In this document: positions 1 to 12,900 of the stretch, in pieces
Layout of the letters: every line of letters starts with the position of its first letter
Position numbering within the stretch: the first letter of the stretch is position 1
Source: Rhynchobatus australiae
Lineage: Eukaryota
Length of the DNA stretch: 64,000 bases
NCBI GenBank assembly: GCA_034780895.1
Contig: JAUZTB010000107.1
Location: 24,216,428-24,280,427, forward strand
Direction: 5' to 3'
Notes under the pieces: model-generated
The model's database searches: none
Seen by the model: the letters and a program-made list of their open reading frames with translations, nothing else
What the model was told of the DNA's origin: nothing
Translations under genes and position numbers: made by a program

Positions 1-889
1 CAAGCTTTTGATCCATTTTGAGAAGTGAAGATTAAAATGTTTGTTATTACATATTATTTCTCGTGTTTAGTCTGTGTGCTGCATTGAAGTTCGTTGCCTG
101 TACATAAATATTCATGTGATTTTACTTTTGCTCTAAATATCTTGCATGGAAAAATCCACATTATGTCTATTAATGCTTTAGGAAAAGTAGAAATAAAAAT
201 AATTTTGAAGGTGATAGTGCAAAAAGAGGCAGAGTGGTGGAAAATATTCTCTACTTGTATGGAAGATCTAAACCTCTTGTGATTTGTAGGATCATTGTGT
301 TTTACTCGGGTTAGAGCTTCTATTTGGACATATTTGTCAAAAATGTTATTGATTGTGACCCTAAACTGTACAGAATTGTGGAAACCTGCTTTGAATCTAC
401 ATTTGATCTTAACCAGGAGCACATTTAGGTTAGGGCGTGTGGCAAATAAATAGCTATATTTGAATACAAGAATCTAACATTTGAAAACCCACATCAGTGT
501 CAAATGTTGACCTGTGTCATCTGTGGTGTCCTTGTCAGTCAAAGCTGGTTTGGGATTTTCTGCTTCTGAACTTGCCTAGCATGNNNNNNNNNNTGATTTG
601 CCATCCATGATAATAAATGAGCAAATAAAAACACTGGCTGGTAAATGGAAAATAGGAATATGTGAGAATAGATTACAGGGTAAATTTTGGGGGAAATGGG
701 ATTGCTCTGCGCATTGACTTTTGAGCTGAAGTGTCCTCCTCCTGTATGGTAACGGAATATGAAATAGCTTTGAGTATTTTGAAATTAGATAATCTATCAG
801 AGAATGCCTGTCCTATCAAGAGTTATTACCTCCTTTAATGCAAGGGAGAAAAGCCTGCAGCTTATTGTGATCTGCATTTGTTTTTTCAG

Positions 890-949
890 AATGAATTGAG
901 CACAGCAACACATCTGACTTCCAAATTGCTCAAGGAATACAAACAGCAG
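890..949 (+). CDS. APPL1: APPL1 exon 3 (BAR): NELSTATHLTSKLLKEYKQQ
   Basis: ttttttcag|AAT...CAG|gtaaaa; 60 nt, phase 0/0. Confidence 0.95.
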
Positions 950-3900
950 GTAAAAATAAATTGAAGGAAGTGACCACAGCAAAATTTGTCAGAAATATTT
1001 TGATAGTTACTGATGTTTGAGATTGTTTTGTAGGATTACAATTATAGAAAACAAAAGATTACACTATAGATTAATTTGAATAATGCCATAGCATCATACT
1101 GCAATTATAAGAAAAGCGAATAGGGAAATTCTAAAGAGGCAGAGAAATCAAAAGGTAAATTGAATAGAGATTCTTAAAGTTATGACTTAAATGGCTAACG
1201 ATAGTGTGAAGAAACAGAACTCTTCTGATTTGGAAAATCAATATTCCGCTAAAATTGTGAATGAGATGAGAGGTTGAGATATTTCTTTACCAAGCTATTG
1301 GAGCACAGTATGCTTTGCCAAAAGGAGTAGTTTGAGTGGCAAACAGCTTTGTTTCTATTGTTTGGGAAAATTTTGAAGCAGAACATGCAGGAAAAATGGG
1401 AGAGCAAGGAGCAATGAGATTAGGCTTTAGATTCTGCCAGGAAGGATCTGGCACTGACTCAGAAGCACTGAGCACCCCAGAAGCACCCCGTAAACTTTGA
1501 TGATTTGACAATTTAAGAGATTAATCATAAAGTAGTAAGTGATATGTGCTAGGAAACACCAGTTCTGTAATCCAAAGGTCTCAGTTGATGAATCAGAGGT
1601 GATTCATCAAAAGCTATTCAGATCCAATCTTAAATTAGTGTAAATGATAACGGAAAATGGAGTTTTAAAGTATAATAGCATTAAATACATAAAAAATGAT
1701 CCAAAATATTTACAGTAACTTCGTTATCCTAATGGACTGATTTCCTTGTTAAATGTGCAGGGAACTCATGACAGAATTTATCATATTAGTTCTCAAGGAA
1801 GAAGTTAATGCCAACATCATCGGTTGGATACTTATGGGGATGCTACCTTGTAATGTATCTCTGAAAGCTTAATCCTAATGTTCCCATTCTGAAATTTTGT
1901 TTGCATTGAAAAAGTTGTTGTTGTTCAATGTAGATAAAGAAATGGATATTCCAGATTAAAAGTAAGACCAATTTGGTTTGAGAATGCAGATTGAACTGGC
2001 TAATTCACAGTTGCAACATGATTATTGTTTCTCATTTGCTCCACTGCATAGCTCCTTGTTTGTATTTCTTTTTGCCTCTGTTTCAATAGTTTTATATTAA
2101 AATATTTTTGTTCAGTATTGAGAGGAAAAAATGAGAGGGAATGCATTCATAGAATGTTTCCTTAAGAATTGAAGGTGGTAAATATAACTCCAATGGGAGA
2201 GAAAGTTGGGATTTACAGACTAATTAGCCTAATGTTAATGGTAAGGAATATATCTAGAAAGTGCTAGTGATGCACAGAAAATAATAATAGGAATAGGCAG
2301 TGTCAGCAGGGATTCATGAAAGAGAAATTGTTTGACACATCTGCTGAGATTTCAATTAACAGAATAGATAAAGGGGAGGTTAAAGGTTGTAGTGTATTTG
2401 GACTTTCAGAAAACCTTCAATAATGCATTTAAGGTGAGGGGGGGTAGGTTCAGAACAGACATTTGAAGTTGTTTTTTTTTACTGAGAGTGGTGGATGCCT
2501 GGAATGTGTTGCCTGATAGGGTGGTGGAGGCAAACTCATTGGGGGCTTTCAAGAAGGGCTNNNNNNNNNNNNNNNNNNNNNNNNNNNNNNNNNNNNNNNN
2601 NNNNNNNNNNNNNNNNNNNNNNNNNNNNNNNNNNNNNNNNNNNNNNNNNNNNNNNNNNNNTTTACAATGCATAGAGTACAGTTTTTTGCAAGTTATGGTC
2701 ACTGCTGCAATGAGGGAATTACAGAACAAGTTCTCGCAAAGAGCACTGTAAAAATGACCAGAATATCTGTGGGATAAATACTAATCACACATGAAGGAGC
2801 CCTTATCCCCACCCTCCCCTTTTTCAGAATAGTGATATATAATCTTTTACACCTTGCAAGGGAGCAGACAGATCTGTGGTTTAACATGTTATTCAATAGG
2901 GAGAAGCACCTCCAATAGAGCTGCATTCCCTCCACATTGCATTGCATGCGTTGGCCTAGGTTTGTGAGTAAAAGTTTCTTGCATGGGACTTGAATCTACA
3001 ACCTTCTGTGTCAGATACTAAAGTGCTCTGCATAATATTAGAATCATACAATTCTAGTTTTTAGGTTTTTCTCAGCATTTTGCCTACACAATAAATGCCG
3101 GTATTGGGGTCCAAGATTTGAAAAGCATTTGTGATTTACTTCAAAAACATTTTTATGTTTTCCTTCTAATTTATGTTGCTGGCATACAGTTCAAGAGCTC
3201 CAAGTTCCTATCAATACTTTGCAGTGGCCAAGGCAATAAAATAAAGAAGGAATAACTGAAATACAGGCAAAAAATTTTGATTCTTCTTACCAATATATTC
3301 CTTCTATTCTACAAATAAATTTGTTTTAGTTTCTGGTTAATTTTCTTTTATCTTATATAGCAATTCCCCCTTGGTGGTGATGATGAGGTCATGACCTCCA
3401 CCCTACAGCAGTTTGCACAAGTGATAGATGAAGTAAGTATTAACTCAGATTATTTAAATCAGGGCTCAAAATGCCAGTTGGTTGTACTAACCAAGCAATT
3501 CAGTATTAATGGGATTTAAGAAAACAGCTAGCATCAGTTAATGGTTAATTGCTGTCAAATTTTATAGCAGTGGTTTAAAAGGTGAGATACCAATTGCATT
3601 TGGAATTTGAAAAGGTGCTTTGCTTATGTACATGGGATGTTGAACCTGACTTAGCTTCTTACTAGTTTAAGTGGTGATGTGGAGCTAGCTGATAATTTGT
3701 TAGTATTTTTAGTATGTTCTTTAACAGTTGGATGTTAAACATATGTTTTTTTAAAATAAACACATACATATCTATATATTTGTGAGTGATATCAAATTCA
3801 GAGCAAAGATTCTAAATTTAATGCCATCAACATGCAATTGACCATCAAACAATATTTCTACTTCTTTCTTTTATCTTTTTGCCATTGTATACTTATATGA

Positions 3901-6900
3901 CCCATCAAAAATGTTGATTCATTGTAGAATCCTCTGTTAAATTTCATACTAGCATAGGATAAAAGCAGAATAACTTTTATTGTAGTTATGACAAAATATA
4001 AAATAGATTTGAATATTGTGACTGCAAGGCTGTTTCCAGAGGGTTTCCACAGGGTCCTTTCAGTTTATAAGTATACATTAACGATATAGACTTAAACATG
4101 AGACATGTTAAAAGAAATTTGTAAATGATAAAAAAAATTGGCCATATGGTTGGTTGTGAGGAGGAAAGCCTCAGATTGCAGGAGGATGTAAATGGTTTGC
4201 TCTGTTGGGTACAAAAGTAGCAAATATAAAGCAGTCAGTAAAGATGTATGGTAATTCATTTGTGGGAAGGCAGCAAGCTATGGAAGGTTGCTGAAAGATG
4301 TGGAGGACTAGAGGGACCCACAGATCCTTCAAGGTAGCAAGACTGATTGATAAAAGGGTTTAAATGTTTTTTAGATGTTTTCCTTTATTGGCTGAGGCAT
4401 ATGATACAAGAGCAGGGCTAGTGTGCTAGAACTGTATGCAACAACTGCAGTTTGAGTTCTCCTTGCATTAGAGAGGATCCAGAGGATATTTGTGAAAATG
4501 TTGCAGTATAAGAAAAAAAACTATGTAATGAGGAAATAATAGGTGGACTGAAGTTTTATTTGGAATGGAGGAGGCTGATGTGACACTTAAAAAAAATAGT
4601 AATCTGCATAGCATGTGGTGGAAGTTTAGAACTCGCTGCTGGAAAGGGTGGTAGAGGCAGAACATCTCATCACATTTAAAAGGACTTGGATGTGCATTTG
4701 AAGAGATGTAAGTTGCAGGGCTATGGATGTAGTGCCTGAAGAAAGGATTTGATTGGGAGTCATTTTTGACCTGATAAGCCTGGCATAAAATTTCACTGAT
4801 GTGTAGGAGTCTTCATGATAGTGGTGTATTTTTTGCTTGAAGTGGAAAAACCCAACTTTATTCTTTCTGTTTCTTTACCTTCTTACATCAACTTTCTAAT
4901 CTCGGTTAGTTGCACAGAGTTAGGGCACTATGCAGTGTTTAAAGTTAGTGGTCGTTCTAAATGTTAAAACCATAGGATGTGGTCAGCTTGCTTTGTAGCT
5001 TTAGGGCTCAGCACAGCTGATATCAATTTTGTTCCTGCACCCAAACCTGGGAAAAATCAGTTCCTGGAGAGTATAACATAAACCCATGCTAAAACAATAA
5101 ATAAATGTGTCTTGGCTAGTATCTGAATTAAGTCAGTGAACGTAGTCTAGAATTTAGTGCTATATATTTTTTCTGAAATCACAGATTGTGTGAAACTTTC
5201 TAATGCTTTGTTTAGCCAGTATGGAAAGTTAAGTATAAGGAAGTTGTTAGATTCTTGTTTTTTTTGGAGAATGTATTTTCCTGTTGTCTTTTAGCTCAGT
5301 TCCTGCCACGCTGTACTTTCAACACAACTAGCTGATGCCATGATGTTCCCCATTACACAATTTAAGGAAAAAGATCTAAAAGGTATGAAAATTGCATGCA
5401 CCATATTCAATGGTAATAATTATCTCCTGCACTTATCTGGTTATGTGTTTAAGCAAATATGCAAATATTTAGAAATAGAAAATGTTTCTGTCTGTGGATA
5501 TTTCATTGGGATATCAAGTCTATGTTCATCTGAAAGAATGAAATGGAAACACGAGATGGAGCAGATGCACNNNNNNNNNNTTTAATCAGAAAGATCTCAT
5601 CTGATAGATCTTGCATTCAACAATACAGCACCTCTTCATGCTACATTGAACCATGATCAAATTCTAATATGGAGTTTGAACCTTCGAATTTATGAATGAG
5701 AAATAAAAATGTTACCATAATAACAATGTAATACATATTAAATAGGAATAAAAGCAGGCAAGTTATGATCAATTCCTTTCACCAATAATGTTTTCTTTAT
5801 TTGCAGAAATGTTAACCCTAAATGAAGTCTTTGCTATAGCTAGTCATGGTGAGTGTCATTTCAGTTATGATCACCTCGATTTTTAAATCCATAACAAAGA
5901 TCTTTTTTCATTGAGTACTCAGCATCAACATGAGTAACTGTGCAATTTCATAAAGGATAAGAACCTGTTAATTTTTCCCTGACAAGCCTCAAAGCAGCAT
6001 TTATCATTTCGTGAGTTGACTTTGTTTGTATCTTGTACATGCCAGTTTGAGTCATGCTGTCTTGAATCATGGAGATGTACTTGACAGAAGACCGATCAAT
6101 TTCAATTCAAATATAGTAATGTTATGTTTTTATTAGCTTTTCTTCATTGAATTTCAGTAATATTTACATCTCAAGATGGGAATTTGCATGAAATAGATAT
6201 TGATCTGGAACTTCTATCTATTCTTCAGAATGAAACACACAACTGTTTCCAGATCATTTCACATCACTCAGAAAATCTGACCAGGCTGTTCCCTTCATCA
6301 GTCACCCTTACAACCCTAATCTGTTTTCGACATCAGGGACATGGGGAATAACATAACAGGGATGCAAGGAATGATGTATTTCTCTATGAAATGCTCCTTT
6401 CAGTGAATTGCAGGGGAACCTGAACCACATTGTGTGGAGAGCACCTGGGCTTTCCTGGGACAACATGGTTTTTGTACAATGCACAAAAAGTGCTAGAGGA
6501 ACTCAGCAGGACAGGCAGCATCCTTGGAGGGAAATAAACAGTCGACACTTTGGGCTGAGACCCTTCATAGTTTTTGTGCTACAGCACTGAACTGGGCAGT
6601 CTACAAGGTAAAAAAAAAACTTCTTCCTTGTATCCTTAGACTCTCCACCATCTACCACCCCCACTAAAATAACACCCCCAGCCCTCCAGATCTACAGGCA
6701 ACCCTGTCCACCCTGCCCCCACACCCCAACTTTGATGGTCCTGGCATTTCCATCCTCCCCCTACTCTCACCATCAATCTGCTATGCCACTTTATTTGTCT
6801 AGGAAATATACTTGTTTCCTGTTTGTGTGGAAAACCAGGCAAGGAAATCTACTGACCTATAAGTTACCCAAGAAATCTGATAAATCAGGTAGTTGGGAAA

Positions 6901-9900
6901 ATTCAATAAAGTAAGTTTTTTAGACCGTAGCCTTTAAGGAACATATTACATTTACTTTGGGATTAACACAAGCTAAACTGTAACTGTTCTTTATNNNNNN
7001 NNNNNNNNNNNNNNNNNNNNNNNNNNNNNNNNNNNNNNNNNNNNNNNNNNNNNNNNNNNNNNNNNNNNNNNNNNNNNNNNNNNNNNNNNNNNNNAACTGT
7101 TCATTAGGTGAAGATTGCCATAGTTTTCTATTAAAATATATAAATAACTTTTTTTAGGGCTCCAATCATTTCTAGAATTTGGCTGTGCAATAATTATTGG
7201 GGAAAGAGGACAAGAAATTATGATTTTTATAAAAGCAAATATTTTATTTATATAAAGTTGGTGCAATGTGAAAATGGCTTCTTTTGTTATCATAATTCGA
7301 CTTTAAATAAATAGCTTCTAGAGTAATTCATGATTGAAATATACATATGAAATGGACTGAAGCTTTTTGCTTTTATTCTTTATTTATAATTACTAATTTA
7401 TCATTGTAGCTGAAATATCCTGATCTGTTTAACCCACAGATCATGACCTGGCTATTAACAAATACAGTAGATTATCCAAACGGAGGGAAAATGAAAAGGT
7501 TTGTGTATTTACTTTTGTTTTCCATTCCAGAAATATCATTTTCCATATTCAGCTGCATCATTTATGGCAGCCATATTTTTTGTTTAATTTCTCGGATTGC
7601 TAATTAGAAAACATTGTTATAATATTTAGCTGAACTCGCTGTAATATAATGCAGCTGTAAGATATTTAAATAACTCTACTCAAGGGTGTTAATTTTTTTC
7701 ATCCTCTGCTGGTCAGTGTGTTCACAGTTAAGTAAGTGTGGCTTATTTTTAAACATTTTTTCCTAACAGATAAAAATGGAAATAACTGAAGACTTGTACA
7801 CATCCAGAAAGAAGCAGCACCAGACCATGATGCACTACTTTAGTGCCCTGAACACATTACAGTACAAGAAGAAGATTGCACTTCTAGAACCTCTCCTAGG
7901 CTATATGCAAGCTCAGGTCTGTCAGCATGAAATTAAATTNNNNNNNNNNNNNNNNNNNNNNNNNNNNNNNNNNNNNNNNNNNNNNNNNNNNNNNNNNNNN
8001 NNNNNNNNNNNNNNNNNNNNNNNNNNNNNNNNNNNNNNNATTAAATTATTCTTTTGATTCTTATCCCTATTTAATTTGTTACTTTCCAAATAAAATCATG
8101 AGTTTCTTGGCATTTGTGGCTTCACTTAAAAAAAGTACAATTAAAGCAAGAGCTAGTTCAGGTGAACATAATGGTCATATTTGTCATCTCATGTTTCAGT
8201 TGAGTAGTTCAGGGTCAGGGTGACATGGTTAATATACTAAGATACTGAATTTCCTCCTTTTTTGTGTGCTGGAGCAATGTTACATGGAATGCCTCTGCCA
8301 AATGATACCTCCACAAAATATTATGAGATTAGTTGTAACAGGTTACTGTACTTAAAACATTGTGTTAAATTGCAAACTAAAAAGGGCCTGACAGGAACAC
8401 TCTATTTACTTAAACTGCCTCCATTCTGCTGTGCACCAATCAGAGAAAGGGCTTCATCCCTTAATGGTAGAACTTCCTATAGTAGCAAGACAGCAGTGGT
8501 AGACATGGCTACTGTGGAAAAGAGAGGGTGTAGAGAGAGCACCAAGGTTCTCTCTTAGAGTTTTTGAAGTTCTGTTGAATGGGATAATGTACCAGGAGGG
8601 AAAGCCCATGTACAAAGGAACAATGTTGGAAGAATATCATCACCATCAGAAATGTGAAATTGTTCTCTATGGGACTATAAATTTTTCCCTTTTAGTGTTG
8701 ACACTCAAATGCACATGTACATGACCCATCCTATACCATCGTTTCATTAAACATTTGATTTCTCCCCCCTCCCTAAAGTCCCTGCCACACACATTCATGA
8801 AGCCTATATGTGAACAATAAAATGCTTGCTTGCTTTTATCATCTTTTTCTTCCATCAAGGCAGAAGCTGCCAGGAGTAGGAGGTAGGGCAACTGTATGGG
8901 AAGAGGTGGGTTACCTTGGCGCATTATCCACTGGACTGCACTAGAAGGCTCCTCATTTGTAGAGGGACTACAGAGTCACCAATTTAATTAATTTGTTGGT
9001 AGTTTGTTCAATATACACTCTTTGCTTGTTTGAGTGTGGTTTGTGCATGTGGGTAGCATTACAAGTCAGGTTGTTACTTAGTGAATATCCCTTTAAGGCA
9101 CCTGGACAGTAGAGTAGTTGTGTGTGTGTGTGGTGTCATCAAGACAGCAAGACTAATAGAACGTGCTGGCTGTTTTGCTCAGTGTGAATTGAAGTGAGTC
9201 AAGGGGGGAGGAAGAGAGAGAGAGAGAGAGACTGACTGCTGGTCTTCGTATCTATGGATGAAGAACAATAGCTATGTCTGTCACTACAATCCATGTATGG
9301 ATTTTTGGAGCAAACAAGTGGTGTCCAATTTTTTATTAACCTGTCATGGGAAACAAGTATTTCTGTGGATGGCCACGTATCGAATGCCTTCAGGGTGGCA
9401 GATACTTCAGAACAAGGCAATGGAGATCATCGGAGATTGAAGTGTCACCTGGCTTCCATCGTGGAATATGTGCATTTCATAATTTCTCTCTACATTCTCT
9501 CTATGTTTTGTCAGTCAACGGTGGTTTTGCAAAAGCCTTTGCTCACATTTCACCTGATAACTTGCTAAACTGAACTTTGAGAACTATTCCTAGACTTGGA
9601 GTTTGGGAATTTGCCACACACACATTTTGAGTTTAGTTTTGGGGATTATGTTTGATGTCTGACGTTTTTACTTTTCTTATTATCACAAGTAGTTATTAAT
9701 AAAATAGTTTCTAAGACTTATACATGACTTAGTGTGTTTCTATTGTTGCTGGTACGTAACATTAGGCATGTGAGCAACCTCCAGGGAATTCTTGTGAAAT
9801 ATCAGTTGTGAGCTGAATGACCCTTCAAATGATCCTGTAGAATGCAATGGATTGTGCTGCTTATTCTTTGCTTATGACAGTCAAATAAGATGTGTTTTCT

Positions 9901-12900
9901 GGACCTGGGATCCCCAATTTATGTTGGGAAGATTTCAAACATGTTGCATGATGTTTGATGGTATTGGGTACTTGTCTGACATTTGGAAATGTTGGATGTG
10001 GTAGCAACAATCCTGACTAGGGATACCTGGTCTAATTCCATGATTGGTTAGATTTAACCTTGAAATAATTGCTAATACAGTTTACTCAGAGTTAAAGCAA
10101 TTCCTGGATCACAGCACAGCAAAAGCCACTGCCACGCCCCCAGCTTTTAAACAATAGGGCTTTAAGCTTCTCTGCACTGCACTGACACTTTTCTTGACTT
10201 GTCACTTCAAGAACGTTGTTAGAATTCCTTGTTTACTAATCAAAATTGTTGGTTTGGTCACAACAATTGTGGCTGCATGTGGTTCTGTAATTCAATGTGA
10301 GTGATGAGTAAAGAATAAATTTGACTTAGATCCAGTATAAAGTTCTGAGGGTGTGAATCTCTGGAATTTTCTGTCCTGGGAGATGGTGGAAGCTGGATCA
10401 TTAGAAGTATTAAAGTGGAGGTGGATTAATGTATATTTGATAGATCAATGAACAGAGGAATATGGAGAAATAGCACAAAGAGGTATTGAGGCCAATATAG
10501 TTCAGCTATGAACATATTAAATGTCTGAGCAGGCCTAATGGCCTATTCCTGTTCCTATTTTCTTGTTACAATTTGCAAATAATGCCATAAAATAAAGAAA
10601 AATCATTTATATACATCTTTAGCTTGATGATTTTCCTTAAATGCACTAATTTATTATAATTGTTTTTTCAGATAAACTTCTTTAAGATGGGTTCTGAGCA
10701 CATGACCCAACAACTGGAAGAATTTCTGACAAATATTGGCACTAGTGTGCAGGGGTAAGTAATTGTTTCCTCTTGCAGTAGCTCAATTTACCAATTACAT
10801 TCCTCCTGTGCCATTGCCAATCNNNNNNNNNNNNNNNNNNNNNNNNNNNNNNNNNNNNNNNNNNNNNNNNNNNNNNNNNNNNNNNNNNNNNNNNNNNNNN
10901 NNNNNNNNNNNNNNNNNNNNNNNNNNNNNTGCTTGCTGCTGACCTGAAAATACTGCTCAGAAGAATGCAGCAATCTCTGTGCTGCGGATTTCACTTTTCC
11001 CAATGTTAATTTTATTATGGCATCAGCTGTAGGTCATCTTTAGTGCTGAGTAGCAGTGAAGCCCTACAGCTGATGTCATATGGTATTGCCAGGAAGGCTG
11101 TACAGCAAATCATATTGCATTGTTTTCATGTAAGCAAACTAAGAATAAAAAAAAGGCTCTAACTATAAAATAGTTAAAAATGGACCAAATAAAAATTAAG
11201 ACATACGGATGAAATTAAGGTTAAAGTTGAAATATAAACTTCAATGATTTTCAAAATCTTGCAGTTTTGATCTACTTACACTGGGGATTGGATTGTAGAC
11301 ATCAAATTTAGTTTTTTGGAGCCAGTGAAGTATTTCAGCAGTAATTATAGCTTAATTTTGTTATAAAAGCTCAGTTACACCTCTTTCAATCAGAAGTCAA
11401 GAGAGTAGAAATCAAGAGTTCATAAAAAGCTGAAGTTTTCATCAGTTCAGTGGTTTCTAGATTATATGTGAATTAGGAGCAGGCCACTTGGCCTCTTAAG
11501 CTTTCTGTGGCATTTAGTAAGATCAAGTATTTAGCTACTTCTGCCTTAATGTGTTTGGGGAAGAGAGATCCAAAGACTCATGACCCTGGTGTTAATCCCC
11601 CTCGCTGTTGTGTTGGGAATTGGGGTGCCAGGAACCTGGTGTTAATCCAAGATGTTGGCTAAGAGAGTGGGTGTTGGATGTGTCAGTGCAACTATTTGGT
11701 GCTGAGATGTAGGCCATTGCTGGGAACTGGCAGCTCCTACTCCATGTATTGGCAGACTACCTGGATCCTGTGGTCTCTCTCATCACCACCTGTTGAATGC
11801 GATGGAAGTTGTTTTCTCCCCCCTCTCCTCCCAGAGATTTCTCAGTTAATGAGATCAATGATGGTCAATGCCCTTATACAATGGTACATCGCTGTGAGTG
11901 TTCAGATTGGAGGACCAAGAACACTGTGTTAAATCAGCACTCTTTTGGGCAGTGCTAAGTGGGGTATGAGTGCTGCCCTTTTGTGAATGCTGATCTAGGA
12001 CATCTGGGTCCCAGAGCTCTGAACTCTCTCACCATTTGGATAATGTTTTCTGACAAAATAGATGACTTCACATTTTCATCATTACTTCTCCACTTAATGT
12101 ATCTTTAGCCAGAGGCAGCCTCTCTATGTCCATTTCACAACTTAGTTTCCTAAATACCTTTTGTGCCATCAGTGAACTTACCAATCAGGTTGAACCTTGT
12201 GGCACACCCTTCATTACATCTTACTAACTAAAAATTCATGCCTCCTCTGTTTCCTGGTAGCCAGCCAATCCACTGGCCACACCAACATGATGTATACCAT
12301 GTTAACTCCTACAAGGACTTCAACAGTACTCATTGCTGGTGAACTGGGTATTAATGACAGCTGTTTCTGGATTTCCATGTTCAGCTACATTCTGTGAAGA
12401 GTCTAGAAGTTGCTGTCAGTCTCAGTGTCCTGGTGAATGCCAAAAAAATTGCATTCATTATTAAACTCTGGACCAACAATTCAGCTCCACATCTGCATAT
12501 TGAAGATTAGACTTGCAAAACTTGCTGCTAGATATTTCTGTGATTATTTATAATTTAAAATTTGTTGAGGGTGCAGAGCAAGGAGGTCTCTTTTGCATCA
12601 TTTCATCAAACTTTTTTTGCCTGGGTTTGGGAGGAGACAGTCTGTTAAGCTTTCTGTCCTAATGTTTGCATAGAAAGTTTTGTTCAGCAGCTCCTGGTGA
12701 GCAAGACGTTGACTATGTTGGATGTTGTAAAATCTGCTTAGGTTCATATGTAAACTGGCACATGGTGCTTTCCAGAGGACAGTTGGTTCCTTTGAGGTGT
12801 AGAATAGTAAGAAAAAAGAGAAAAATAATAGATCCACCAGAGAAAGCAACTGAATCTGGAGCTTCATGACACTTTCATGATTTGATAATCTAGATTTGAA

